Assembly (NCBI RefSeq): GCF_036323395.1
Contig: NZ_AP028907.1
Location: forward strand, 1,320,001 to 1,352,000
Reading direction: 5' to 3'
DNA from: Pyrodictium abyssi
GTDB taxonomy: Archaea > Thermoproteota > Thermoprotei_A > Sulfolobales > Pyrodictiaceae
Length of the DNA stretch: 32,000 nt
Shown here: positions 17,997 through 26,685 of the stretch, in pieces
Numbering within the stretch: position 1 is the first letter of the stretch
Layout of the letters: each line of letters begins with the position of its first letter
The notes under the pieces: generated by a model
The model's input: only the letters and a program-made list of their open reading frames with translations
Databases searched by the model: none
What the model was told of the DNA's origin: nothing
Program-made: the position numbers and the translations under genes

Positions 17997-18890
17997 GTGG
18001 CTAGCTTTATCAACTCCTTCTACACGCCCTCCGTGCTGGGGCCATTACGCTCCCCCCGGGCTGCTCTAGCAGGGGCTGCATACCCGAGTACCCCCGGCTG
18101 TGGTGGGCGTAGAGCCTTGGCCGGCACCCCTGTGCTCTATATCCATCCCACGTGTGCTACGAGCTACGAGGTTGTCAAGCACCTGGCGGCGAAGGGGCTG
18201 CTAGACGGCGTCAGGCTTGTATCCACTGCTGAGCCAGCGCCCTCCGGCGTGCTACGAGTCTCCGTCTGGAGCGTGCCATGGCTAGTAGTGGAGGACGTGC
18301 CGGTGGCCACCGACCCAGTGACGCCTGGCGAGGTGGAGTCCATACTCCTGGGGGAGGGGCCGCTGAGGCGCGGCGACCCGGTTGAGGAGTTCATGGAGGC
18401 TGTGCTTCACAGCGCGTACGCGGCCGCTGTCTCCTACCTGCACGGGAGCATTAAGCCCGTGATAGACGCTGCCTTCATCTCTGCTGCTACGCGGGCTCCG
18501 CTAAGAGGCCTAGACGTCGAGGAGGTGGCCAGGGAGGTAGCCGACCGCGCGGACGAGCTGTACAGGGAGTGGGAGGACAAGCTAATGCGCGCCCTCGGCA
18601 TCTCCTTCGTCAGGGAGCTGTGGTGGGCCTCCCGGGGCAGCGTGACGCGCGAGAGGCTACGGGAGCTAGCGACGCCGGAGACCCTAGGGCTATGGCTGAT
18701 AGCTAAGGCGAGTATTGGGCGCAACGGGCTCCCCGACAAGCCGCTACCGGACCCCGAGAGGCTGGAGAGGCTAGCAGGATTCGTAGCCCGCGGGGCTGCA
18801 GGGCTGCTCTCGAAGGTGAGGAGGGAGCAGGAGAAGATACTCGGGGACGAGGAGTACTGGAGGCTCCTCCGGGAGAGGCTAGCCGGCTAG
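17997..18890 (+). CDS. Hypothetical protein with N-terminal thioredoxin/glutaredoxin-like region
   Basis: PVLYIHPTCATSYEVVKHLAAKGLLDGVRLVSTAEP ... VWSVPWLVVEDVPVATDPV followed by a helical C-terminal domain. Confidence 0.6.
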   Translation: MASFINSFYTPSVLGPLRSPRAALAGAAYPSTPGCGGRRALAGTPVLYIHPTCATSYEVVKHLAAKGLLDGVRLVSTAEPAPSGVLRVSVWSVPWLVVEDVPVATDPVTPGEVESILLGEGPLRRGDPVEEFMEAVLHSAYAAAVSYLHGSIKPVIDAAFISAATRAPLRGLDVEEVAREVADRADELYREWEDKLMRALGISFVRELWWASRGSVTRERLRELATPETLGLWLIAKASIGRNGLPDKPLPDPERLERLAGFVARGAAGLLSKVRREQEKILGDEEYWRLLRERLAG

Positions 18891-20261
18891 GAGGCGGCGC
18901 ATCGGCGGGGGTATACGGCCGCCCCTCTCCACGAACTCCTCCATACTGCCGGGCCCCGGGTCCATGACCGGGGCCTCGCCTAGTAGGCCGCCTAGCTCCA
19001 CGGTGTCTCCTGGTTTCTTGCCGGGCGCTGGGAGCAGCCTCACACCCAGCACCTTGCCCTGCACCATCCCGAGCGCCAGCACGTCGGCTATGAGGCCTGC
19101 TAGCCGCCTCCAGTCCGTGTCGCCGGGCACCGGCACCATGTCTAGGCCGGTGCTGCAGACACCGGTCATGGCCACGAGCTTGTATATGGTGGCTAGCCCG
19201 CGGGCTACCGCCGAGGCTATCCCGCTATCCTCCGATACCGGTATCATGGCGCCGCTGTAGCCGCCGGCACAGCACACGCCCATGGCCCCGCCCTTGCGGA
19301 GCGCGTCTATCAGCATGGCTAGAGCCGCTATGCTGCCCGGCGCGCCGAACTCCACGCCCATGGCCTCCAGCACGTCTGCTATACTGTCGCCTGGCTCCGG
19401 CGTCGGGGCTAGCGAGAGGTCCACGCTACCGACGCTGTAGCCGCTGGCCGCCGCTACGCGCTCCGCGACGAGCTGGCCGAGCCGCGACACCTTGAAGCCT
19501 ATCCTCTTCAGCTCGTCGTAGAGCCTCTCTAGCGGAGCGTCCCTGGGGAGGCCGCGGAGCACAGCCGCGACCACGCTAGGCCCGCTTATAGCAACGTTGA
19601 CGACTCCGTCCGCCTCCCCGAGCCCGTGGTGGGCTGCCGGCAGGAAGGGTATGTCCGGCGCCACGTTCACGGTTACCAGGAACTTGGCTCCGGGGAGGGG
19701 GCTCCCCGCCTCCCTCGCGGCCTCCAGGACTAGCCGCGCAGAGGCCGCGACGGCATCCATGTTGAGCCCTAGCCACGTAGAAGCCGCGTTTACGAACCCC
19801 ATTACCCTCTCGGTCTCCACCAGTACGCGGGGGAGCGCGCTGAGCACCGCCCGGCCGCCGGCCCCGAGCCCGCGGTCAGCGAAGGCCGCGAAGCCGCCGA
19901 TGTAGTCCACACCCGCCCTCGACGCAGCGCGGTCCAGCTCGGCCGCCGCCTCGAGCCCCGTCTCGGCTGCGCGCTCGACACCGCTGGCCGCTGTTACGGG
20001 GGCTAGCACGGCCTCGAGGGGCGTGAGCGCTATACGCACAGTCGTGACAGGTACGCCGAGCTTTGCTGCGACAGTGTCTACTGCCCGGCGTATGCGCCTC
20101 CCGTGCTCCTCGACGAGGCCGCGGAGGCAGTCCACTACCTCGCCTGGCCAGGGGGACGCGCAGATGCTGGCGTCTACGCTGAGGGTGACGCTGCGGACGT
20201 CTAGGCTACGGTAGCGTATCATCTCCGCTACTTCGGTTATCTCGGCTATGCTGAAGTGCAT
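18879..20261 (-). CDS. UPF0210 / DUF711 family protein
   Basis: EITEVAEMIRYRSLDVRSVTLSVD, YIGGFAAFADRGL, VNVAPDIPFLPAAHHG, APTPEPGDSIADVLEAMGVE, VCCAGGYSGAMIPVSEDSGI, TGVCSTGLDMVPVPGDT. Start inferred at the MHFSIAEITEV Met. Confidence 0.88.
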   Translation of the reverse strand: MHFSIAEITEVAEMIRYRSLDVRSVTLSVDASICASPWPGEVVDCLRGLVEEHGRRIRRAVDTVAAKLGVPVTTVRIALTPLEAVLAPVTAASGVERAAETGLEAAAELDRAASRAGVDYIGGFAAFADRGLGAGGRAVLSALPRVLVETERVMGFVNAASTWLGLNMDAVAASARLVLEAAREAGSPLPGAKFLVTVNVAPDIPFLPAAHHGLGEADGVVNVAISGPSVVAAVLRGLPRDAPLERLYDELKRIGFKVSRLGQLVAERVAAASGYSVGSVDLSLAPTPEPGDSIADVLEAMGVEFGAPGSIAALAMLIDALRKGGAMGVCCAGGYSGAMIPVSEDSGIASAVARGLATIYKLVAMTGVCSTGLDMVPVPGDTDWRRLAGLIADVLALGMVQGKVLGVRLLPAPGKKPGDTVELGGLLGEAPVMDPGPGSMEEFVERGGRIPPPMRRLLAG

Positions 20262-20286
20262 CGACAAGGCCGGGTACACCCTGGGC

Positions 20287-20661
20287 CTAGGGCCTCTGGA
20301 GGTACTTCACCACGTCTATGTGGTATACGCTCACCTCTACGCCGAGCTCCCTGCCCTTCTCGTCGAGGCGGCTGCGTAGCTCCTCTATCCTCAGCCTCGC
20401 GTCGGTCACATCAACTATCATAGCCATCGTGAATATCCCGCGCATAACGGTCTGCGATATGTCGAGAATGTTGGCGTTGGCCTCCGCGAGCACGCCCGCC
20501 AGGCCCGCCACTATGCCGGGCCGGTCGCGGCCGTGGACGAAGACCACTATGTACTCGCGGCCCTCCTGTAGCTCCTGCTGGTCTCTAGTAGACAAGGCGC
20601 TTCGGGCACCCCGAGGGCAGAGGGAGAAGAGGGGGACCCTCTCCCCCTTATACCCTAGCAC
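20287..20661 (-). CDS. ACT-domain protein (UPF0237-like); true start probably internal to this ORF
   Basis: YIVVFVHGRDRPGIVAGLAGVLAEANANILDISQTVMRGIFTMAMIVDV is an ACT domain; directly upstream of UPF0210, a known neighbour pairing. Confidence 0.82.
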   Translation of the reverse strand: MLGYKGERVPLFSLCPRGARSALSTRDQQELQEGREYIVVFVHGRDRPGIVAGLAGVLAEANANILDISQTVMRGIFTMAMIVDVTDARLRIEELRSRLDEKGRELGVEVSVYHIDVVKYLQRP

Positions 20662-20678
20662 CCCGTGCCCCCGGGGCT

Positions 20679-21446
20679 ATGGGAGCCTTGGAGCCCAGGG
20701 AAGAGGCCAAGAGGCTGGCCCAGCTCCTAGCCGAGTCCCGGTACGCCGTCGTGTTCACTGGCGCAGGCGTGAGCACTGAGAGCGGTATACCCGACTTCCG
20801 CGGGCCTAGCGGGCTCTGGCGCCGCGTCCCGCCCGAGGTGTTCACCATAGAGTACTTCGTGGAGCGGCCCCTCGAGGTGTGGAGGCTCTTCACAGAGCTC
20901 TTCTACAGCTTCAAGGACGCTAAGCCGAACCCGGCGCACTACGCGATAGCCCGGCTAGAGGAGCTAGGCATCGTTAAGTCTGTCATAACCCAGAACATAG
21001 ACGGGCTGCACCAGGCCGCGGGGAGCCGCCGGGTGATAGAGCTCCACGGCAACCTGCGCTGGGCCCGCTGCATGAGCTGCGGCCGCCGGGTGCCCCTCGA
21101 CGAGGCCGTGTCCGAGGCGCGGGAGGGCCGGCTGCCCCGCTGCCCGGTCTGCGGCGGCCTGTTGAAGCCCGACGCTGTGTTCTTCGGGGAGCCCTTGCCC
21201 GAGGAGGCGCTGGAGGAGGCCTTCCGGGAGGCCCGCCGGGCCGACCTAGTGCTGGTCGTCGGCTCGAGCCTGTCCGTCTACCCGGCTGCCTACATCCCGG
21301 AGTACGCGCGGCGCCGGGGAGCCAGGCTCGCCATAGTGAATCTTGAGCCTACGCCGCTAGACCACCTCGCCACCGTGGTCGCGCGGCGCCGCGCCAGCGA
21401 GCTCCTACTCATGGTTGTTAGGGAGCTAGAGAGTCTCGCCGGGTAG
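20679..21446 (+). CDS. Sir2-family NAD-dependent protein deacylase
   Basis: FTGAGVSTESGIPDFRGPSGLW, TQNIDGLHQAAGSRRVIELHG, zinc-binding CMSCG/CPVCGG, VVGSSLSVYPAA. Confidence 0.94.
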   Translation: MGALEPREEAKRLAQLLAESRYAVVFTGAGVSTESGIPDFRGPSGLWRRVPPEVFTIEYFVERPLEVWRLFTELFYSFKDAKPNPAHYAIARLEELGIVKSVITQNIDGLHQAAGSRRVIELHGNLRWARCMSCGRRVPLDEAVSEAREGRLPRCPVCGGLLKPDAVFFGEPLPEEALEEAFREARRADLVLVVGSSLSVYPAAYIPEYARRRGARLAIVNLEPTPLDHLATVVARRRASELLLMVVRELESLAG

Positions 21447-22293
21447 GCTGGCTGCGCCCGGCTAGCAGCTGGGCAGCCGCTATAGCCGCCGCACCCGCCG
21501 CGTAGGAGCCCGTAAAGGGCTCGTCGAAGAGCAGCCAGCCCCAGGCCACGGAGAGCACTAGCTCCAGCGTGGCCGCTACCGAGGCGCGGTGCGGCTCGAC
21601 GCCGCCGAGCCCCCGGTAGAAGAGCACGTAGGAGAGATGGCTGACAACCAGGGCTAGGTAGGCGGCCGCGGGCAGGCAGGACGCCGTCACCACAGCCCCG
21701 CCAGGAGCCGCCGCGGCTACCGCGAGGGCTCCCAGCAGTAGCCACGCCTGCACACCGGCAGCCATGCTGGCCGGCTCGAGCCCCGCCACGAGCCGCGCTG
21801 CAGCGTATATCGTGGCCGCGTAGAAGGCGCCGCTCGTAAGCCCCCATAGGAGGCCCCCGGCCGGGATGAGGCCGCTACGAGCCTCCCCTGCGAGCAGCAG
21901 GGCGCCGGCGAGCGTCAGCACTGTGGCTGCTAGCCTCCAGGGCCCGGGGCGCCGCTTCTCCAGGGCGAGCTGGTAGAGGAGGACCCATGCTGGCGCGGTG
22001 TAGAGAAGCGCAGCTGCGCGCCCCACGCCCAGCGCGTCTACCGCGTAGTAGTACGCCGTGTAGAAGGGCGTGAAGAGGCCCAGCGCGAGGACGACGACAC
22101 GCCGGTCGAGGACGACGCCTGCGCGGTAGAGCCCGGCAGCGACGCCCAGGATGGTGGCTAAGGCCGCTACCGCCTGCCTAGCGACCAGCATGCCGAGCGG
22201 GCTACAGCCGGCGAGGTAGCCTAGCCGCGTAGCCACGCCTATCGTCGACCAGAGGGCGGAGGCCGCGTAGACCAGCAGGAGGCTACGGTTCAT
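21418..22293 (-). CDS. EamA/DMT-family transporter
   Basis: About ten hydrophobic helices in two repeats; first helix ASALWSTIGVATRLGY, later AYLALVVSHLSYVLFYRGLGGVEPHRASVAATLELVLSVAWGWLLFDEPFTGSYAAGAAAI. Confidence 0.85.
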   Translation of the reverse strand: MNRSLLLVYAASALWSTIGVATRLGYLAGCSPLGMLVARQAVAALATILGVAAGLYRAGVVLDRRVVVLALGLFTPFYTAYYYAVDALGVGRAAALLYTAPAWVLLYQLALEKRRPGPWRLAATVLTLAGALLLAGEARSGLIPAGGLLWGLTSGAFYAATIYAAARLVAGLEPASMAAGVQAWLLLGALAVAAAAPGGAVVTASCLPAAAYLALVVSHLSYVLFYRGLGGVEPHRASVAATLELVLSVAWGWLLFDEPFTGSYAAGAAAIAAAQLLAGRSQPTRRDSLAP

Positions 22294-22354
22294 CCCCGCT
22301 TCTTCCTGGGCGCGGAGGCCGGTCCACCAAGAGCCTATTACGTTGCCGGTGGGG

Positions 22355-23422
22355 CTAGCTGGCTAGGTAGCCCAGCCGCCGCAGGAGATCCGGGAGCGGC
22401 TGGGGCTCGGGCACCCAGCGGCCCTCCAGCGGGTCGTACATCTCCACTGGTATCGTCGTCCCGAAGCCGCGGGTAACCACGCCCGCGTAGAGTATACAGT
22501 CGCGGAGCAGCTCACGAGCGTAGTCCGTGGCCTCGTCCGGGAGGACGAGAACTGTTGCCGCCGTCTCTTCTCCTACGAAGATGCTGGGTGTACTCCACGT
22601 GGTCAGAGCTAGCGCGTAGAGGAGGGGGAAGCAGTCCCTCCGCACCCTTATGAACAGTGGTATCGGCTTATCCGAGCCTATGGTGGCTGCGAGCAGCAGC
22701 ACTCGGCCGACTAGCCTCTTCGAGCCGAGCTGCCTGTACCTCGAGACGAGCCGGCGGTAGCTAAGCCGGTGCCCGGGGTTCTTCATCTCTAGCCTCTCGG
22801 CGTAGACGGGGCCCGGGTCCTGTAGCTCCCTTATACCGGCCAGCGGGTTTAGGTCGAGGCCAGCGTAGATCATCAAGTCTAGGAGGTTGAGCCGGAGGCT
22901 AGGAGCCCCCTCCTCTAGCACGGCTATAGCCTGTTTAACCTCCTCGTGGAGCCTCGCTGCGCCTATATCGTCCCTGTACCGGCTGCAGTCGTACCGCACC
23001 GGAATGGTTACCCCTAACTCTACCTCGCCCCTGAGGCCCCTCTCCACCTCGGCTACCAGCTCGTTGAGGAACTCCCTGGGCAGGAAGTAGCTGTAGACGT
23101 GCAGGTTGTCCAGCGTAGCTCTGTAGGAGTGGAGGTACCGGTAAGCCGGGACGCCGAGCTGCTCGAGGTCGCTCAGGCTGGTAGCGTCGCCCACGGGGGT
23201 CTTCGTGTACACTAGTGCCACTAGGAGCCCGAGGGGGCGTATATCCCTTATGTGCTGGGGCCATAGCTCGTAGCCGCGCTCCCTGAGCTTCCTTATAGTG
23301 GTCCTCACGTAGTTCTCCGAAACCCCTAGCTGCTCGGCTATCCCGCTTATCTCTGTGCGCGGGTCATAGCATGCGAGTAGCCTTGCGACGTCCCTCTCTA
23401 TCCCGCCGAGGGCTACGGCCAC
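22355..23422 (-). CDS. Lrp/AsnC-like HTH transcriptional regulator with large C-terminal domain
   Basis: IERDVARLLACYDPRTEISGIAEQLGVSENYVRTTIRKLRERGY winged-HTH; remainder similar to extended archaeal Lrp-like proteins. Confidence 0.65.
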   Translation of the reverse strand: MAVALGGIERDVARLLACYDPRTEISGIAEQLGVSENYVRTTIRKLRERGYELWPQHIRDIRPLGLLVALVYTKTPVGDATSLSDLEQLGVPAYRYLHSYRATLDNLHVYSYFLPREFLNELVAEVERGLRGEVELGVTIPVRYDCSRYRDDIGAARLHEEVKQAIAVLEEGAPSLRLNLLDLMIYAGLDLNPLAGIRELQDPGPVYAERLEMKNPGHRLSYRRLVSRYRQLGSKRLVGRVLLLAATIGSDKPIPLFIRVRRDCFPLLYALALTTWSTPSIFVGEETAATVLVLPDEATDYARELLRDCILYAGVVTRGFGTTIPVEMYDPLEGRWVPEPQPLPDLLRRLGYLAS

Positions 23423-23900
23423 AGTCTCTCAGACCCCTGCCCCGCCGAAGAGCGCGGGTTTTAACACCTATAACACCCAGGGGAAAATGTATAGGACACA
23501 TTACGTCTCTTACACCGGGCTTCGGGATAAGTATAGTGTCTTGCCTCCAAGCCGTTGAGTGTTACACACCGCAGAATTCATCCGGCATAACTGTGGACGA
23601 AACAATACCTGGCACGTCTACACAGTGCTTAGCGTGTTGGTAACCATGTGGTGGTTGATACTACATTCTAATAAGTGGCGCGAAGCACAGAGTCACATAC
23701 CATGGTGCGTAATGTTTATAACTAGGCTGCTAGCTGGTATTTAGTCTTTTCTATACATTGATAGCTACGGAATGATTGCCTTTCGCAGGAACATAGGAGT
23801 CAGCGCCCGCGGAAACATCTAAATAAATCCAGACAAGCGACAGGCCAGAGAGGCTACCAGGCTACATGAGAGCCGAGGACCGGCCCAGGGGGAGCGCTGT

Positions 23901-24326
23901 ATGAGCGGGGACTGCATATTCTGCGAGATCGTGCGCGGCGAGCTACCCTCTGTGAATATATACGAAGACGACAAAGTCGTAGCATTCCTCGACATCTACC
24001 CCATTAACCCGGGCCACACGCTCGTTGTGCCTAAGCGCCACGCTGAGCAGCTCGACCAGCTCACCGACGAGGAGGCTGCAGCACTGATAAATGCCGTAAA
24101 GAAGCTCGCGCCAAGGATAGTCAAGGCCGTCAAGGCCCATGGCTACAACGTGGTGGCCAACAACGGTAAGGCCGCGGGACAGATAATATTCCATGTGCAC
24201 TTCCACATCGTGCCCAGGTTCGAGGGTGACAACTGCAAGTTCGACTGCAGCCGCAGCAAGCCCAGCATGGAGGAGCTACGGGAGATAGGAGAACAGATAC
24301 GGAGGCACATAGAGGAGCAGAGCTGA
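23901..24326 (+). CDS. HIT family nucleotide hydrolase/transferase
   Basis: CIFCEIVRGELPS, VVAFLDIYPINPGHTLVVPKRH, histidine triad IIFHVHFHIVPR. Confidence 0.93.
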   Translation: MSGDCIFCEIVRGELPSVNIYEDDKVVAFLDIYPINPGHTLVVPKRHAEQLDQLTDEEAAALINAVKKLAPRIVKAVKAHGYNVVANNGKAAGQIIFHVHFHIVPRFEGDNCKFDCSRSKPSMEELREIGEQIRRHIEEQS

Positions 24327-24448
24327 CGCCTCTTTTAGACCACCTTCTACCCTCTCACGAAGACCCATACGCTTCCACTGTAGAACGTTTTACGGCAGCA
24401 TCTTAGCCTCGTTATATTATCCTCCGGCCCGCTCTATACAGTAGTACG

Positions 24449-24868
24449 GTGCTGGCAGGGTTGCCCAAGAAACGGCTTCTAGGAGAGCTACGCGAGGCAC
24501 TGGCAAGGCTTGTAGAGGAGTTCGGCAGTATACGCGAGAGGAGGAGGCTAGCGCTCACGCTCATAGCTGCGCTGCGTCTACGCGAGAGGGGCGAGCCTGT
24601 TACACCGAGCTCCGTAGCTAAAGAGGCACAGGATATCATAAAGCGTACCGAGGGCCGCATAGACTGGGGTATAAACAGTGAAGAATACACAGCAGCAATA
24701 GCAGTGGACTTGCTGCACGAGCTGGTAGAGATGGGTGTGCTAGAGCCGGATCCGGAGATACTCGAGGAGCTAGATAGGAGGTACAGGTTTAGGAGCTATG
24801 AGGAAGAGGAGGACGCCGCTAAAGAGGCTCTACATGCTGTAGCGCCGCTACTCCTAAGGATAGTGTAG
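24449..24868 (+). CDS. Conserved-looking hypothetical helical protein
   Basis: 139 aa charged helical ORF with archaeal-like codon usage, no overlapping better candidate. Confidence 0.55.
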   Translation: MLAGLPKKRLLGELREALARLVEEFGSIRERRRLALTLIAALRLRERGEPVTPSSVAKEAQDIIKRTEGRIDWGINSEEYTAAIAVDLLHELVEMGVLEPDPEILEELDRRYRFRSYEEEEDAAKEALHAVAPLLLRIV

Positions 24869-24946
24869 CGTGCCCCAGGGCCTGCAAGCTGACGCCTAGC
24901 CGCTGGGCTGCGGCAGCGTCTACGGCGGGAAGGCAGTGCTGGAGGC

Positions 24947-25123
24947 CTAGCATTTCCCGGAGAGGAGCCCCGAGGCCCCTTGGGCGACGAACATGGCTGC
25001 GAGGAGCGCGCCTATCAGGCGGCCGTCCATGATGAACGCGACTGCGCCTACTGTGCCGAGGAGTAGCGCCGCTATGTGGAGGCGGCGTGCACCCGTGCCC
25101 ATCATGTCTGTGGGTTCCTCCAT
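24947..25123 (-). CDS. Small membrane protein (58 aa), absent from the supplied ORF track
   Basis: MEEPTDMMGTGARRLHIAALLLGTVGAVAFIMDGRLIGALLAAMFVAQGASGLLSGKC then TAG; two hydrophobic segments; minus-strand sequence ctataaatttaagaggagggctagcaggtggtatATG gives a TATA box and a purine-rich segment upstream. Confidence 0.6.
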   Translation of the reverse strand: MEEPTDMMGTGARRLHIAALLLGTVGAVAFIMDGRLIGALLAAMFVAQGASGLLSGKC

Positions 25124-25149
25124 ATACCACCTGCTAGCCCTCCTCTTAA

Positions 25150-25163
25150 ATTTATAGCTTTTA
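25150..25163 (-). promoter_or_regulatory. Probable TATA-box promoter for the 58-aa membrane protein
   Basis: Minus-strand gctataaatttaag about 30 nt upstream of the start codon. Confidence 0.5.
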
Positions 25164-25291
25164 CAACTATTAATCCTGGCTAATACCTGTTGCGCCCGCC
25201 TACCCTAGAGGGCTCTCGTGCTCTACACGTCAGCTGTTATTACCTCCCGTGGCTCTACCTAGTACTATAGTAGCGTGGGTGTGCAGGCCCT

Positions 25292-26617
25292 ATGCCAGAG
25301 AAGTTTGACGTAATATACCACGAGTTTGTGGATGAGAGCTACGAGCCCCAGGAGACCGACCTCATAGCGGTGTTCCGCGTCACCCCGCGCGAGGGTATAT
25401 CCATATATGATGCGGCTGGCCGCGTTGCGGCCGAGAGCAGCGTGGGCACCTGGACCACGCTCAGCGTTAAGCCTAGCTTCTTCGAGAAGCTGAAGGCCAA
25501 GGCCTACCGGATGCACGACCTGGGCGATGGGAGCTGGCTTGTCTGGGTAGCGTATCCCCTCGGGCTCTTCGAGGAGGGTAGCATCCCTAACCTGGCTAGT
25601 AGCGTGCTCGGCAACATATTCGGCATGAAGGCGCTGGACGGGCTACGCGTAGAGGACATAGTGTTCCCTCGTGAGTACATACGCTGGTTCCCCGGGCCGC
25701 AGCACGGCATCGAGGGCGTCCGCAGGATACTAGGCGTAGATAAGCGCCCCATACTCGCCACAGTGCCCAAGCCTAAGCTGGGCTATACACCCGAAGAGTA
25801 CGGGAAGGTCGCCTACGAGATACTCGTCGGAGGCATAGACCTTGTCAAGGACGACGAGAACTTTGCTGGGCAGAGCTTCTGCCGCTTCGAGGCCAGGCTC
25901 CGAGAGGTCATGAAGGCGATAGACAGGGCGGAGAAGGAGACGGGTGAGAGGAAGGGCTACCTAGCCAACGTGACCGCTACCATAAAGGAGATGGAGAAGA
26001 GGATCAAGCTCGTAGCAGACTACGGGAACAAGTTCATAATGGTGGACTTCCTCACGGCTGGCTGGGCTGCGCTCCAGCACGCACGCGAGCTCGCCGAGGA
26101 GTACGGGCTCGCTATCCACGGGCACCGGGCGTTCCACGCAGCCTTCACCCGTAACCCGCGGCACGGCGTCTCCATGTTCGTGGTGGCTAAGCTGGGCCGG
26201 CTGGCTGGGCTAGACCATCTCCACATAGGCACACCCGGCGTGGGCAAGATGGACGCCAAGACAGCAGAGGTGCTCGACAACGCGCGGGTACTCCGCGAGC
26301 CCGTCTTCAAGCCCAGGGAGGGCGACCTCTTCCACCTGGAGCAGGACTGGGCCGGGCTCAAGCCCGTGCTCCCGGTCGCTAGCGGCGGCTTACACCCCGG
26401 CAACCTACAGCCCGTCATAGAGAAGCTCGGCACCGACGTGCTGCTACAGGTCGGCGGCGGCGTGCTGGGCCATCCGGACGGTCCGCGGGCCGGCGCAGCC
26501 GCCGTGAGGCAGGCCATAGACGCGATACTGGAGGGCGTACCCCTTGAGGAGTACGCCCGGGAGCACCGCGAGCTGGCCAGAGCGCTCGAAAAGTGGGGCC
26601 GCGTGCACCCCGTCTAG
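25292..26617 (+). CDS. rbcL: Ribulose-bisphosphate carboxylase large subunit, archaeal form III
   Basis: PKPKLGYTPEEYGKVAYEILVGGIDLVKDDENFAGQSFCRFEAR, IMVDFLTAGWAALQ, GIHGHRAFHAAFTRNPRHGVSM-like segment, HIGTPGVGKMD, PVASGGLHPGNLQPVIEKLGTDVLLQVGGGVLGHPDGP. Confidence 0.96.
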   Translation: MPEKFDVIYHEFVDESYEPQETDLIAVFRVTPREGISIYDAAGRVAAESSVGTWTTLSVKPSFFEKLKAKAYRMHDLGDGSWLVWVAYPLGLFEEGSIPNLASSVLGNIFGMKALDGLRVEDIVFPREYIRWFPGPQHGIEGVRRILGVDKRPILATVPKPKLGYTPEEYGKVAYEILVGGIDLVKDDENFAGQSFCRFEARLREVMKAIDRAEKETGERKGYLANVTATIKEMEKRIKLVADYGNKFIMVDFLTAGWAALQHARELAEEYGLAIHGHRAFHAAFTRNPRHGVSMFVVAKLGRLAGLDHLHIGTPGVGKMDAKTAEVLDNARVLREPVFKPREGDLFHLEQDWAGLKPVLPVASGGLHPGNLQPVIEKLGTDVLLQVGGGVLGHPDGPRAGAAAVRQAIDAILEGVPLEEYAREHRELARALEKWGRVHPV

Positions 26618-26685
26618 CCGTCTACACGGCGAACTTGTTTTCTAGGAGCCGTTCTGCTCGTTCTCTCCCTCCCAGGGTTGCTGCA

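Noticed and set aside
24819-25130. 103-aa minus-strand ORF upstream of rbcL
   Set aside because: His/Arg/Pro-rich and overlaps the 58-aa frame that has hydrophobic segments and a well-positioned promoter; likely a shadow frame.
26593-26685. Upstream extension of the C25 peptidase-like ORF into rbcL
   Set aside because: Overlaps the end of rbcL and would place non-hydrophobic residues before the signal peptide; TTG at 26686 fits better.
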